A program made the translations under genes and the position numbers. The notes under the pieces were generated by a model. The model saw only the letters and a program-made list of their open reading frames with translations, had not been told where the DNA came from and made no database searches. 41,645 nucleotides of DNA from Octopus sinensis (lineage: Eukaryota): positions 1 through 41,645 of the forward strand of contig NW_021832934.1 in NCBI RefSeq assembly GCF_006345805.1. The letters run 5' to 3'. Position 1 is the first letter of the stretch. The number at the start of each line of letters is the position of its first letter. This document shows positions 10,880-21,829 of this stretch, in pieces.

Positions 10880-12030
10880 TAGGAATTGACATCTGGTGCA
10901 TGAGAGAGTTTGATGCCGCTGCCCTCATCTGGGACACTTGATAGTATGAGGTCCAGTTTCATTTTGAAGACACTTACATCCACCCCATGCAGGTCTCTCA
11001 AGTCCTTCGGGATGATACTGAAGAGCTGTGAACCTCTGAAGCCCAGGCTATCACAGTATCTTGTCCTACATTTTGATTGCAAATTTGGAGTCCTTGGCAC
11101 TATGCAGTGAGGCCCTGTTCTAGTGTTTGTGTAACTCTCGATGTCATAGTTTGGGACACGTCCCTCCAGGAACTTCCGGATGTATATTATGGCATATCTT
11201 TTTCGCCTACGCTCTAAGGATTAGAGTCATAATCTCTTGAGTCTTTCTCTGTAGCTTCTATGCTGCATGGAGGCTATCCTCCTCGTGTAGCTTCGTTGGA
11301 TTGCCTCAAGTTCTGAGATTAATTTGACATTTGTGGGCGACCATAGCTGGGGGCAAATGTCAAAGTGGCTTAGGACAAGTGTCCTCCAGAGGACCATCAT
11401 GTTTTCCTTATTTCTTGTGCTAAAAGTTCTAAGAATCCATTCCGGTCAGTCGCCTGACATGCACATGGAAGGATGCATCATTACTCATGTAAATGACCAG
11501 GTCACGTGCTGTCCGTGCCTCTGGGATTGCAATCCCTCTCGGTCCAGTGTATTTAATGGGTATTGCATTTAGTTTTGCATGCTGATAGCACAAGGCTTGA
11601 AACCGCATGCTATTCTTTTCAGCCCACTTGTATATTTCATCCAGCTCACATTGCAGGTGCTTAGCGTCCTCAGTGTTCCGTATTACCTGTGAGACTTTTG
11701 TATTATCGGCATAACTTGTGATCGTGGCTCTCTGTGTGGCTGAGAAAATGTCTGTGAGGGCCTATATGAACAGTAGTGGTCCCAAAACAGTGCCTTGCGG
11801 TACACCACTCACTATTTGTGTGTCATTGGAGGTGGCCCCATTGGCTACTACCACCTGACTTCTATCCTTCAGAAAGTCATGAAGCAATTCTCCCAATTTT
11901 ACAACTATGACAAGATCACGCAGTTTGTGACATATCATTCCATGATCGGGTTTATCAAAGTTCAAGGCAGATTTACTTCTGCCTTTGGAGCACGTAAAGA
12001 AATCGTTGCTGTAGGAGTGTGAGCAGCATG
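10880..12030 (-). mobile_element. CR1/L2-superfamily LINE, decayed RT and C-terminus
   Basis: Minus-strand translation: NFDKPDHG, VSGVPQGTVLGPLLFI, SYADNTK (YADD motif), LEAIQRSYTRRI, SLERRR, SLGFRGSQLFSIIPKDLR...FKMKLD; many frameshifts. Confidence 0.9.
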
Positions 12031-12205
12031 TGTACAACAGCAATACTATGCGTAGCTTAAATAATCAGATTTATACACACACACACACACACACATACAC
12101 ACACGTGCGCGCGCACACACACACACAGACTCACACATACACACACAGACTCACACACACACACACCACACACACACACACAGAGACTCACACAGACACA
12201 CACAA

Positions 12206-12245
<40 letters not shown>

Positions 12246-12405
12246 CAGGGACGTGCAACATGGGTAGGCAAGGTGGGCAGTACCTACCTTGAACAAAATA
12301 GATCGATAGCAACATTTTCCTTTAATGGCAAAATATGCAAGGAATTCAATAAAATTATGAAGGTTACTCTGATTACTATGAATAAAATGCAAACTACTTT
12401 AGTTC

Positions 12406-13080
12406 GAAAACAATAATAAATCTCTGGGCGAGATATAAACAGTAACTGCTCTATAACATAAGAGGGATCAGCCATCTGAATGTGGCTAGGGTCAGGGCGG
12501 GGTGGTGGGGGTGTTACTGATGCATTTAGCCCCAGGCGAACATCGACGTCACCAGAAGAGCTGACACTATCTCGGTGTCCTTGCCAGCCAGCAAAGGGAG
12601 ATCAGCCTCCCCGAAGATACGGATACTACACACGGACCGGTTTCGAGGTTATTGCATCAGTAACACCCCACCACCTCGCCCTGACCCTAGCCACATTCAG
12701 ATGGCTGATCCCTCTTATGTTATAGAGCAGTTACTGTTTATATCTCGCCCAGAGATTTATAATAGTTTTCGAACAGATTTTCTACGCCAGTGACTGTGGT
12801 TACTGTGAAAATCTATATATATCCAGCCTGCAAAGGAAGTCCCTCAACGAAGAGCGGTGCTTACCATACGTTGACAAGAGGCAATAACCTCGAAACCGGT
12901 CCGTGTGTAGTATCCGTATCTTCGGGGAGGCTGATCTCCCTTTGCTGGCTGGCAAGGACACCGAGATGGTGTCAGCTCTTCTGGTGACGTCGATGTTCGC
13001 CTGGGGCTAAATGCATCAGTAACACCCCCACCACCCCGCCCTGACCCTAGCCACATTCAGATGGCTGATCCCTCTTATGG
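12406..13080 (+). mobile_element. Non-autonomous hammerhead-containing retroelement (retrozyme/Penelope pLTR-like): inverted copy plus 1.2-mer direct copy, 11-bp TSD
   Basis: TSD TACTTTAGTTC at 12395-12405 and 13081-13091. Plus copy 12653-13080 has a 359-bp period with 68-bp terminal redundancy. 12457-12655 is the reverse complement of 12881-13079 with 1 mismatch seen. Confidence 0.85.
12865..12907 (+). ncRNA. Type I minimal hammerhead ribozyme, U3-A8 compensatory core
   Basis: CATACG / TTGACAA / GAGG-caataa-CCTC / GAAA / CCGG (palindromic helix III) / TC / CGTGTG; 6-bp helix I, 4-bp helix II, GUC site, predicted cleavage after 12901. Confidence 0.85.
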
Positions 13081-13282
13081 TACTTTAGTTCATTGTAGAA
13101 TTCGGTAGGCATAATTCTCCCCTGCTTTTCAGTCTCAGTATTTAAGCTACGCATTGTACTTCTGTAGTACACGCACCGCGTACACTCCTACAACACCGTT
13201 TTCTTTACGTGCTATAAAAGGCAAAAGTAAATCTGCCTTCAACTCGGTCGCGCGCCGGTGTTTCGCTTATTTCTTGTTTTAT

Positions 13283-13505
13283 AGGCACAGGAATGGCGGT
13301 GTGGTAAGTAGCTTGCTTACCAACCACATGGTTCCGCGTTCAGTCCCACTGCGAAGCACCTTGGACAAGTGCCTTCCACTATAGCCACGGATCGCCCAAA
13401 GCCTTGTCAGTGGGTTTCGTACACGGAAACTGAAAGAAGCCGTATATATATGTATGTACGCATGTATATATATATATACATCAGCATGGCCGCAGCTCTG
13501 AGCTG
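13283..13505 (+). mobile_element. tRNA-derived SINE (long family), internally deleted
   Basis: GGCACAGGAATGGCGGTGTGGTAAGTAGCTTG...CGTTCAGTCCC...CTTGGACAAGTGCCTT; matches the reverse complement of 4560-4965. Confidence 0.8.
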
Positions 13506-13533
13506 AAACTAAAGAGAATATATATCTATATGT

Positions 13534-13572
<39 letters not shown>

Positions 13573-13639
13573 TATCTTTATGCATATATATATATATATA
13601 TATGTGTGTATATATAAAGAGAATATATATCTATATGTA

Positions 13640-13688
<49 letters not shown>

Positions 13689-13744
13689 CGGAGATGTACT
13701 CGCATAGCAAGTAATTTGATCGGAGATCGTGTGCTGAAACGAAA

Positions 13745-13912
13745 ACAATTGCAGCGTGGAAGGTGTTTATAAGCCATTTAAGAAACACACAAAAGCCGTT
13801 CGATTCACTTCAACATTTAAGTTTAATTTGACAAATTAAACTTAAATGTTGAAGTGAATCGAACGGCTTTTGTGTGTTTCTTACATGGCTTATAAACACC
13901 TTCCACGCTGCA

Positions 13913-13917
<5 letters not shown>
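13745..13917. repeat. Near-perfect 173-bp palindrome (86-bp arms, 1-nt spacer)
   Basis: Centre at 13831 (aatttg-a-caaatt); one mismatch seen (gccatttaag vs cttacatggc). The left copy extends about 60 bp further (13686-13744); (TA)n flanks. Confidence 0.95.
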
Positions 13918-13953
<36 letters not shown>

Positions 13954-14160
13954 CAAGAAGGGTAGTAATATTATTTACTACCAGGTGCCCAGCACAAAAG
14001 ACGAATTAGTCATAAGACAAAAATATTATTCATATAGAAAAATATTATTCATGTAGTTATACAATTAAGGGCTCCTAAATTAAGATGCCGAGTGCTGGGA
14101 ACACAAAAAGGGGATGAATTTATCGAGAGTGAAAATCAAAAACGTTTACCGATAACTTTA

Positions 14161-14240
14161 ACAACTCGTACCGCGGTTTCTGCTTCTTTCTAGCAAAACA
14201 CAGAATATGTTTGCTAAGGCCAGCTTCATCAGCAAGTCGC
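14161..14240 (-). ncRNA. Type I hammerhead motif with canonical core and extended helix II
   Basis: Minus strand: GCGACTTG / CTGATGA / a GCT...(tagcaaa hairpin)...AGC a / GAAA / CCGCGG / TA / CGAGTTGT; up to 8-bp helix I including G-U pairs; the base of helix II is non-canonical (A opposite A). Confidence 0.65.
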
Positions 14241-14344
14241 CTAAATTTAATCGAGGTCTGCGCAGAGATTTGAAAAGTTAAGATCTGCTAGTAGTCGGGT
14301 TCAACACATAGTCCCACATCGCTGCAGACCTCGATTAAATTTAG

Positions 14345-14424
14345 GCGACTCGGTGATGAAGCTGGCCTTAGCAAACATATTCTGTGTTTTGCTAGAAAGA
14401 AGCAGAAACCGCGGTACGAGTTGT
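14345..14424 (+). ncRNA. Twin hammerhead copy with C3G core mutation (predicted inactive)
   Basis: GACTCG GTGATGA ... GAAA CCGCGG TA CGAGTT; C3 is replaced by G at 14353 while G8 is unchanged. Confidence 0.55.
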
Positions 14425-14654
14425 TAAAGTTATCGGTAAACGTTTTTGATTTTCACTCTCGATAAATTCATCCCCTTTTTGTGTTCCCAGCACTCGGCAT
14501 CTTAATTTAGGAGCCCTTAATTGTATATATATATATATATATATATACATATATATGTTTATGCATATATATATGTGTGTATATATATACATATATACAT
14601 ATATACATATAGATATAATATACATATATACATATACATATATATATATATATT

Positions 14655-14779
14655 ACGGGCTTCTTTCAGTTTCCATCTACTAAATCCACTTATAAGACTT
14701 TAGTCGGCTTGAGGCTATAAAAGAAGAGACTTGGCCAAGGTGCCACGCAGTGGGACTGAACCCTGGACTATGTGGCTGT
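14655..14779 (-). mobile_element. SINE fragment (long family)
   Basis: Aligns to 4800-4925. Confidence 0.75.
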
Positions 14780-14834
14780 ATTTATGCATATTCTCTTCTA
14801 ATTTTGGTAATCTGAACTCTTTCGCTGAGGCATG

Positions 14835-14835
14835 A

Positions 14836-14866
<31 letters not shown>

Positions 14867-15071
14867 CATGTATGTATGTATGTATGTATGTATGTATGTA
14901 TGCATGCATGTATGTATGTATGTATGTATGTATGTATGTATGTTTGTATGTATGTATGTATGTATGTATGTATGTATGTGTGTGTGTATGTATGTATGTA
15001 TGTGTGTATGTATGTATTATGTATGTGTGAGTATGTATGTTTTTATGCATGTATGTATGTGTGTATGTATG

Positions 15072-15102
<31 letters not shown>

Positions 15103-15560
15103 GTGTGTATGTATGTATGTATGTGTGTATGTATGTATGCATTTATGCATATATGTACCTATGTATGTATTATGTATGTGTGAGTATGTATGTTTTTATG
15201 CATGTATGTATGTGTGTATGTATGCATGTATGTATGCTTGTGTGTATGCATGTATGTATACATGTAGTATGTATGTATGTATGCATTACACGTAAGTAAA
15301 TAAGTACATTTGTATGCGTGTTTTTATCTATATGTGTATGTATGCGTGTATATTTGTATTACGTATTATTTTATATATATATATGTATGTGTTTGTATAC
15401 ATGTGTGTGTATATATATATGTGTGTGTGTGTTTGTATGTATGTATGCATGTGTGTGTGTATGCATGTGTGTATGTGTCTGTGTATGCTTGTATGTTGTT
15501 TCCAAGTATGTTTGTATGTATGTATGCATATGTGTATCTTTGTGTGTTTGTATGTACGGT
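14835..15560. repeat. (TATG)n/(TG)n microsatellite field
   Basis: Direct reading; contains a duplicated ~45-bp variant block (about 15012 and 15165). Confidence 0.95.
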
Positions 15561-16038
15561 TAGAAATGTGTGAAAAATGGCATTGTTTTGTTGTTTTGTT
15601 TTTTTGTACAAGCGAAAAAAAAGTGTTTATCAGGAGAGAAGAATTCTAAAACCGACTATAAAATGTCATTATTTAGTTGAAGTAAATCAATTCTCAGTTC
15701 CAGCGACCTCTGGCGGCTTTAAACAGTGAACGCTTATGTCAAACAAAACGTTATACTGCTTCGAGAATACTGACATTGTATTGTTATTGTTTGTGGGTTT
15801 GTGGCGGGTTGAGTTTTAATGGGTTTGTTAAAGAGGGCATTAGAAGGGGCTGTGGGGTGAGGGGCAAGAGTGGACGGTTGGTCGAGTGACATGATGAATG
15901 GTTGACGGAGATAGAAACAAATAAACGCGCACAAACACACACACACATACGTGTGTATGTGTCTAAATACTCACACATCTATACTCGCACACATATATAT
16001 ATATATACATACAATATATATATATATACATACAAGCA

Positions 16039-16082
<44 letters not shown>

Positions 16083-16304
16083 GACAGGGAGGTACACCGT
16101 TATACAAACCGACAGACACACATATAAACACATACTCTCATACATGTATAACATACATACATACATACATGTGCATGCACACTTCACATATGCCCCTATA
16201 TATGTGCATAGATTCTCCATCGCTACGCAAACCGCCACCGACATTATAGCAAATACTTTGATCAACGGATTCTGCATGTAGCACCGGGACTTCCTAGAAA
16301 TATA

Positions 16305-16643
16305 TAACATTTGGTATAATAATAAACAGGGCAAATTTTAGCCATTTCTCCTCAGACTGAAAAAAAAACCGATGAACAACCTTAATCGATTTTCGAACCT
16401 TTTTGGGTTCTCATCAGAGGCGTCCACAACATTCTGACAATCTCCAGAGAAACAGGCAACTAAACCGTTTATATACTCAACAAATACAGCAGTTACTCTA
16501 TGAAGGAGTCCCTAATTTGCATACCGAAAGTGCTTACAACGGGGATCTTAGTCCACACAGTATCAAGGTATGATATAACAAACATGTAACATTTGGTATA
16601 ATTATAAACAGGGCAAATTTTAGTCATTTCTCCGCAGACTGAA
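16305..16643 (-). mobile_element. Retrozyme/pLTR-like unit: 282-bp monomer plus 57-bp terminal redundancy
   Basis: Direct repeats 16305-16361 and 16587-16643 (3 mismatches) enclose a single hammerhead. Confidence 0.75.
16379..16425 (-). ncRNA. Type I minimal hammerhead ribozyme, canonical core
   Basis: Minus strand: GCCT / CTGATGA / GAACC-caaaaa-GGTTC / GAAA / ATCGAT (A-ATCGAT-T palindrome) / TA / AGGT; 5-bp helix II, 4-bp helix I, UUA site. Confidence 0.85.
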
Positions 16644-17344
16644 TAAAGGATGAATATCCTTCCATCTCCTGTAACTGTTGTAATAATATGATTGAACCTC
16701 TGATAAAATATTGCACTTGTAGGATCTACATTTATTTATTGACTGCGAGACTTCGCCTACTTAGATTAGCAGTATGCTCCAACTTTCAAGAGAAGCTATA
16801 TGAAAATGGAAAAGGAAAAGAAGCGAAAATAGATAATGCGTATGAGACGTTTTGGCGCTGCCTAATTGGCGTCGCAGATTCGACGCTGACTTATTTGACC
16901 TCAGACAATTTAATGTTTCTCGTATTCTCTCTAGCCTCCATTTCTCAGTTTACGAGTGTAAGCATATTTCAGTTGATGTGTTTGAGAAGAGGGAAAGCGT
17001 TTCTGTCAGTTGCATTCCGTTGTAATATCTCTGCCCTTTTCTACCTCCCTCCATCCCTTTCTCTCTGTGTATATATTTCCCTTACGTGTGTGTGTTGTTT
17101 GTACGTGTGTGTGTTGTTTGTACGCGTGTGTCTGTGTTTGTCTCCTGTACCAAAATGTACTGTATCTAAAACAGGTTGAATGTCCAGTCAGCTGCGCCAA
17201 TTTACCAGTAAACACACAGCGGCGCCCAGTCGTCTCATTCTGACGTAGGCTATACCTAAACGCTCGGCCTCGTGCCATCACTGGAACTAAACAGCAACTG
17301 AAACAATAAAAATATACACGCACACTTACCACATACACACACGG

Positions 17345-18190
17345 AGTTCTGTGAAAGTAATTAATGTAAGTAGCCGACATCTAGAAAACTTTGAAGAAGC
17401 AATACTAAACATAGGTCTCAACTTTGTGACAACCATCAAGCGCATTCCATGCTTGGACATAATAGCCCCTATTGAAGAGATAGCCGTAAAAGGTGCCAAA
17501 AGCTCAGAGAGATGAACTAAGGTGGAAAGTGAGACAGGTACTAGAAAAGGCGATGCATCGCGAACTAAACATCACTAAGGAAGAAAAGTTCGCTATCAAA
17601 AGACTACAGAGTGACAATTCCCTCATAATACTCCCAGTAGACAAAGGAAATGCTACAGCAGTGATGACCAAGTCTGACTTCTCGGAAAAACTGGCAAGTC
17701 TTAATAAATGATGGTAGCTACAGCAAAATAAAGAAAGACCCAACTCTGAAAATAGAGAGGAAGTTGTCACAGATCTTGATCAAGAACAAGGATCACTTTA
17801 CACCAATGAAGTACAGACAACTAACTCAACACCACAGTAAACTACCACACATGTACGTTCTCCCTAAGATTCACAAGGATGGTATTCCATTAAGACCTAT
17901 AGTGAGCTGTAGAGGTTCAGCATGTCATCCACTGAGCCGCTTCCTTGTGGATATAATCAGTCCATTAGCAGGAAAGTCAACATCGTACGTGAAGAATTCC
18001 ACCCACTTCACAGAATTGATCAAGGGTACCCCCCATTGAATCCAACCAGATGGTGAGTCTAGATGTGATAACTCTGTTCACCAAAGTCCCAACTGGTGAA
18101 GCACAATCGATGATTCAAGAGAAACTAGTGACAGACACCCATCTAAATGAACGCACTAGTATACCAATAGGAAACTTGATGGAAATGTCC
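17345..18190 (+). mobile_element. Penelope-like element, RT N-terminal half (decayed)
   Basis: VINVSSRHL...ILNIGLNF; KRLQSDNSLIILPVDKGNATAVM; LPHMYVLPKIHKDGIPLRPIVS; TSYVKNSTHF; MVSLDVITLFTKVP. These are diagnostic PLE RT motifs; frameshifted and ending before the YxDD motif. Confidence 0.92.
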
Positions 18191-18650
18191 TTCTGTGAAT
18201 CCAAAATCCCTAACCACTATGCCTCATACATTCACGAACATTGAGGTAGCATCTGCAGAATTCATTCTGTTGCAAGAATTCGGGAGAGGACACTGACTTG
18301 AGCATGACACTCAGCACCACTACCAACACCTGCCACCGCCACTACCACCACCACCACCAACATCACCATCACCACCACTACCACATTCGTTTACCAGTAG
18401 CAGAAACCCTTAAAGAAATACACAGACATGAATTCTGTCCCTCTCTGAGGAGCTGAACGGGTTTTTATTGTTGCTGTTTTTGTTGTTGTTGCTGTCGAGG
18501 ATATATGCGTGGATGTGTGCGTGCGTAATTCTGGGTTTCTGCAGATGTATGTAATTTTATATGTACATATATAAATATTTACACACATATACATAAGTAT
18601 AGAGCACATATGTATGTGTGTGTGTGTGTATGTCTCTATACATATATATA

Positions 18651-18681
<31 letters not shown>

Positions 18682-18976
18682 AGATATATACATGCGTGTT
18701 TAGACACATATATTGCATGCGCATATATTTATGAACATAAATCTATGTACATATGTGCATATGTGTGTCTATGAGCGTGTGTGTGTATGTGTGCGTACAC
18801 ATCTTGTAACAGCAATGAACGTTCGCCACATGTGCGTCCATCAACGTTTCCACACACATGAATTATTGTGTGTGTCTGTGTATGTGACACAAGATGTATG
18901 CGTGAATGAGTGTATGTATGTATGACGGCAAGTATGCGTATATATGCATGTGCATATTAACGTATTATATGTGTGC

Positions 18977-19015
<39 letters not shown>

Positions 19016-19139
19016 TGTGTGTGTGTATGTATTCCTGTGAGTGTTTATATTGTTCTAATACGTTGTCCATTTGTAACGGTGTGTTGAATCTCAGAATCCA
19101 ATCAGATAGATAAAGATCCTAACACTATCGATTAGTGAA

Positions 19140-20340
19140 GAGTTTTTATACCTTCTCCCATTCAACACACTCTCCTCTCCTCCTTCTTCTTCTTCTATGT
19201 CCTCCTCTGCCTCTGCCTCCTTCACCTCCCTCTGTTCCTCTTAGCCGGCCGTCCTGCCCCTCCCCTCTTATCCTTTCAAATCTGTCAATCTGTCCGTTGT
19301 TTACAAAACCTAAACATCGCAACCGCCATCTTTTCTTTGCTTTCGGACATCATTGGTATTTAATTGTACCTCTCCCCATCCCCTCTCCCTCCTCTCTCCT
19401 CCTCTTTCTACCCTCCCTCTCCCTTTCTCCCTCTCACTCCTTCCATCACCATGCATTTTCTTTTCTTTTTTCCTCCATTTTTCCTTTGTTTCCTGCATTT
19501 GTCTTTATCTTCTTTCCTTTTGCTCTCTCCAACAATTTCTTCGCATTTTCCTCCCCCTCCTCCTCCTCTTCCTCCTCTTTCTTCTTTCCTCGCTATTTTT
19601 TTTTCTCTTCATTTCATCGTTATCTCCATCTCTCTGTTTCTCTCTTTCTCTTTCTTCCCTTCTCTGTATACACACACACACACACACACTCACACTCACA
19701 CACATGTATGTATGTATATAAGTAAGTATGCATGTATGTATGTATGTATGTGTGTATGTATGTATGTGTGTGTGTATGTATGTATGTATGTGTGTGTGTA
19801 TGTATGTATGTATGTATGTATGTATGTATGTATGTATGTGTGTATGTATGTATGTGTGTGTGTATGTATGTATGTATGTATGTATGTATGTATGCATGTG
19901 TGTGTGTATGTATGTATGTGTGTGTGTGTCTATACATCGCTCTTTTCTCTGTCTTCACTATCTTTTCTGTCTTTCTCCTGTTTTGTTCTCGCTTCTTCTT
20001 TTTTCTCTTTCCTTATCATTTATTCCCCTCCCACATCCCCCCTTTCATCTCCCACCCACCATCAATACTTCACCCCGTCTCCAGCATTTCTTTGTTCTCC
20101 TCTATTTCTCCACACACTCTCTCTCTCTCTCTCTCTCTCATACTCTTAAAATTCCATCCCACCATCCACCATTTTGTCCGGTTGGCTCTTTGCTAAATCT
20201 TTCTAATCTCAAAATTTTCATTCTTCTTATCTCTCTCTTTTCATCTCCCCCACCCCACATCTTATCTCCCCTCCTCCCTCCCCTCCCCCGCCTCATCTTT
20301 ATTAATCCTTTACTATATCCCTCACTAATCTCTACTTTCG
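19140..20340. repeat. CT-rich low-complexity sequence with a central (TATG)n tract
   Basis: Direct reading; explains ORFs 19135-20411. Confidence 0.9.
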
Positions 20341-20574
20341 CTTTCTCATTTAACAAACACGACCAACAATTCTCACCAACGAAGCAACGTCTGTCTGGTC
20401 ATTCGACTTGATAGAGATCGCAACCAAACTCCCCTCATACTACGCACTCTTATCGCAATAGAGGAACGAACGACGTGATTGATGATATAGACCTAGACGC
20501 TTATATAAACAAGCTGGTCATGGTAGGAAGTACATCAGTCGCTCCAGTCAATACTGACCTCAGACTACGTATAT

Positions 20575-20945
20575 CTAATACATGGAATGCGGCCATGCTG
20601 CGGCACTGCATTGAAGGGTTTAGTCAAACAAATTGACCCCAGTACATTACTCTTTTCTTTCTATACATAGTCCTTACCCTATGGGGGAATCTATTTGCTG
20701 AACCGCTAAGTTATGGTGAGGCAAGTATGCCATCACAGGTTGTCAAGTGATGATGGATGAGAAATACGCACACACACACATGTATATAAATATAAAGACG
20801 GGCTTTCAGTTTCCGTTTACCAAATCCACTGACAAGGTATTGGTCGGCCCGGGGCTATAAAAGAAGACACTTTCCCGAGGTGTTACGCAGTAAGACTGAA
20901 CCCGGAATGACGTGGTTGGGAAGCAAATTTCTCACTACACAGCCG
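20575..20945 (-). mobile_element. tRNA-derived SINE (long family), diverged
   Basis: Aligns to 4570-4955 (tgcggccatgct, aattgacccc, gaaccgctaagtta, tttcagtttccg, actgaacccgga). Confidence 0.8.
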
Positions 20946-21135
20946 CATATGTGTGTGTGTGTGTGTGTAGGTGGGTGTATTCCTTTTCGTCAGCAGGCAT
21001 GACAGAGCCCAAGACCCTTCACATGACCTCGGGGAGAGATTTAAGTCCAATGGCTTGGACTCGACGCAAGGGATCCAAGCTGCCATGTGGTGGTGCTAAA
21101 CCGCACGAGAGATTTAGTTTATCCTTCACCTAGGC

Positions 21136-21575
21136 CAGTGGTTTACATCCAGGGGTCCATACGGCGCTCGCGGGTGGAGCCGTATAAGATTTAGTTGTTG
21201 AAAATTATGAGCAATAAATCGATTACAATACGCAAGCTATTCTAACAATGTTCTTTTTCTTTTTTTGTTTCATAGAAGCCCTAATACAATTTTATTATAA
21301 TAAAAAGCAGGCGAAATGGCAGAATCGTTAACACGTTGGACGAAGTGCTCAGAAGCGTTTCGTCTGTCATACGTTTTTACGTTTAAATTCCGCCGATGTC
21401 AACTTTGTCTTTCATCATTTCGGAAATATGTACCAGCTGACTACGGGGGTTAATATCCCGAACTTGCTGCCCTGGTGCCAAAATTTGAAAGCACTATTTA
21501 ATTATAAAAGTATCTTTTGAATATTGAATGGCTATGAGGATCCATAGTTAAGAAAGAAATGGATGAGAACCACTG
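21136..21575. mobile_element. Degenerate hAT-like MITE carrying a nested SINE (21308-21485)
   Basis: Ends CAGTGGTTTACATCC... / ...GGATGAGAACCACTG resemble hAT TIRs; no matching 8-bp TSD seen. Confidence 0.4.
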
Positions 21576-21829
21576 ACGTTGAGGGCCGTGGGAGGAACTG
21601 AACTCAGAATGCCTAGCACCAGAAAAAAACGTCACAAGGCTACCGCTTCAACGTTCTTACACTTCCGCCAATCTACCATGAATTTGTACGTTATTTTATG
21701 GGCCCTGAAATGATGACAGGTTAAGTCCACCTTGGTATTTGTGCAAATGATTAAAATAATAATTGTCATGAAGTTACATTTTTCATTTCCTCAACGCATA
21801 ATTGTTTGTCCGTTTTTTAACCTTTTATC

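Larger units (their letters stand above)
14058..14527. mobile_element. Head-to-head inverted element with 204-bp arms, each carrying a hammerhead motif; 62-bp spacer
   Basis: Arms 14058-14261 and 14324-14527 are nearly identical; termini TATACAATTAAGG / CCTTAATTGTATA. Confidence 0.88.

Noticed and set aside
13240-13280. Minus-strand GAAACACCGGCG resembling a hammerhead 3' half
   Set aside because: No CUGANGA half and the palindrome is imperfect.
14715-15649. MYVC/HTYI-repeat ORFs (also 5327-6850, 19364-20411, 38276-39528)
   Set aside because: Translations of (TATG)n, (TA)n and (CA)n microsatellites.
16493-16567. 75-bp phase 0-0 open segment (LLYEGVPNLHTESAYNGDLSPHSIK) with donor AAG|GTATGA
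   Set aside because: The acceptor is A-rich with no pyrimidine tract, and the segment lies inside the 282-bp mobile unit; exonisation is not excluded but is unsupported.
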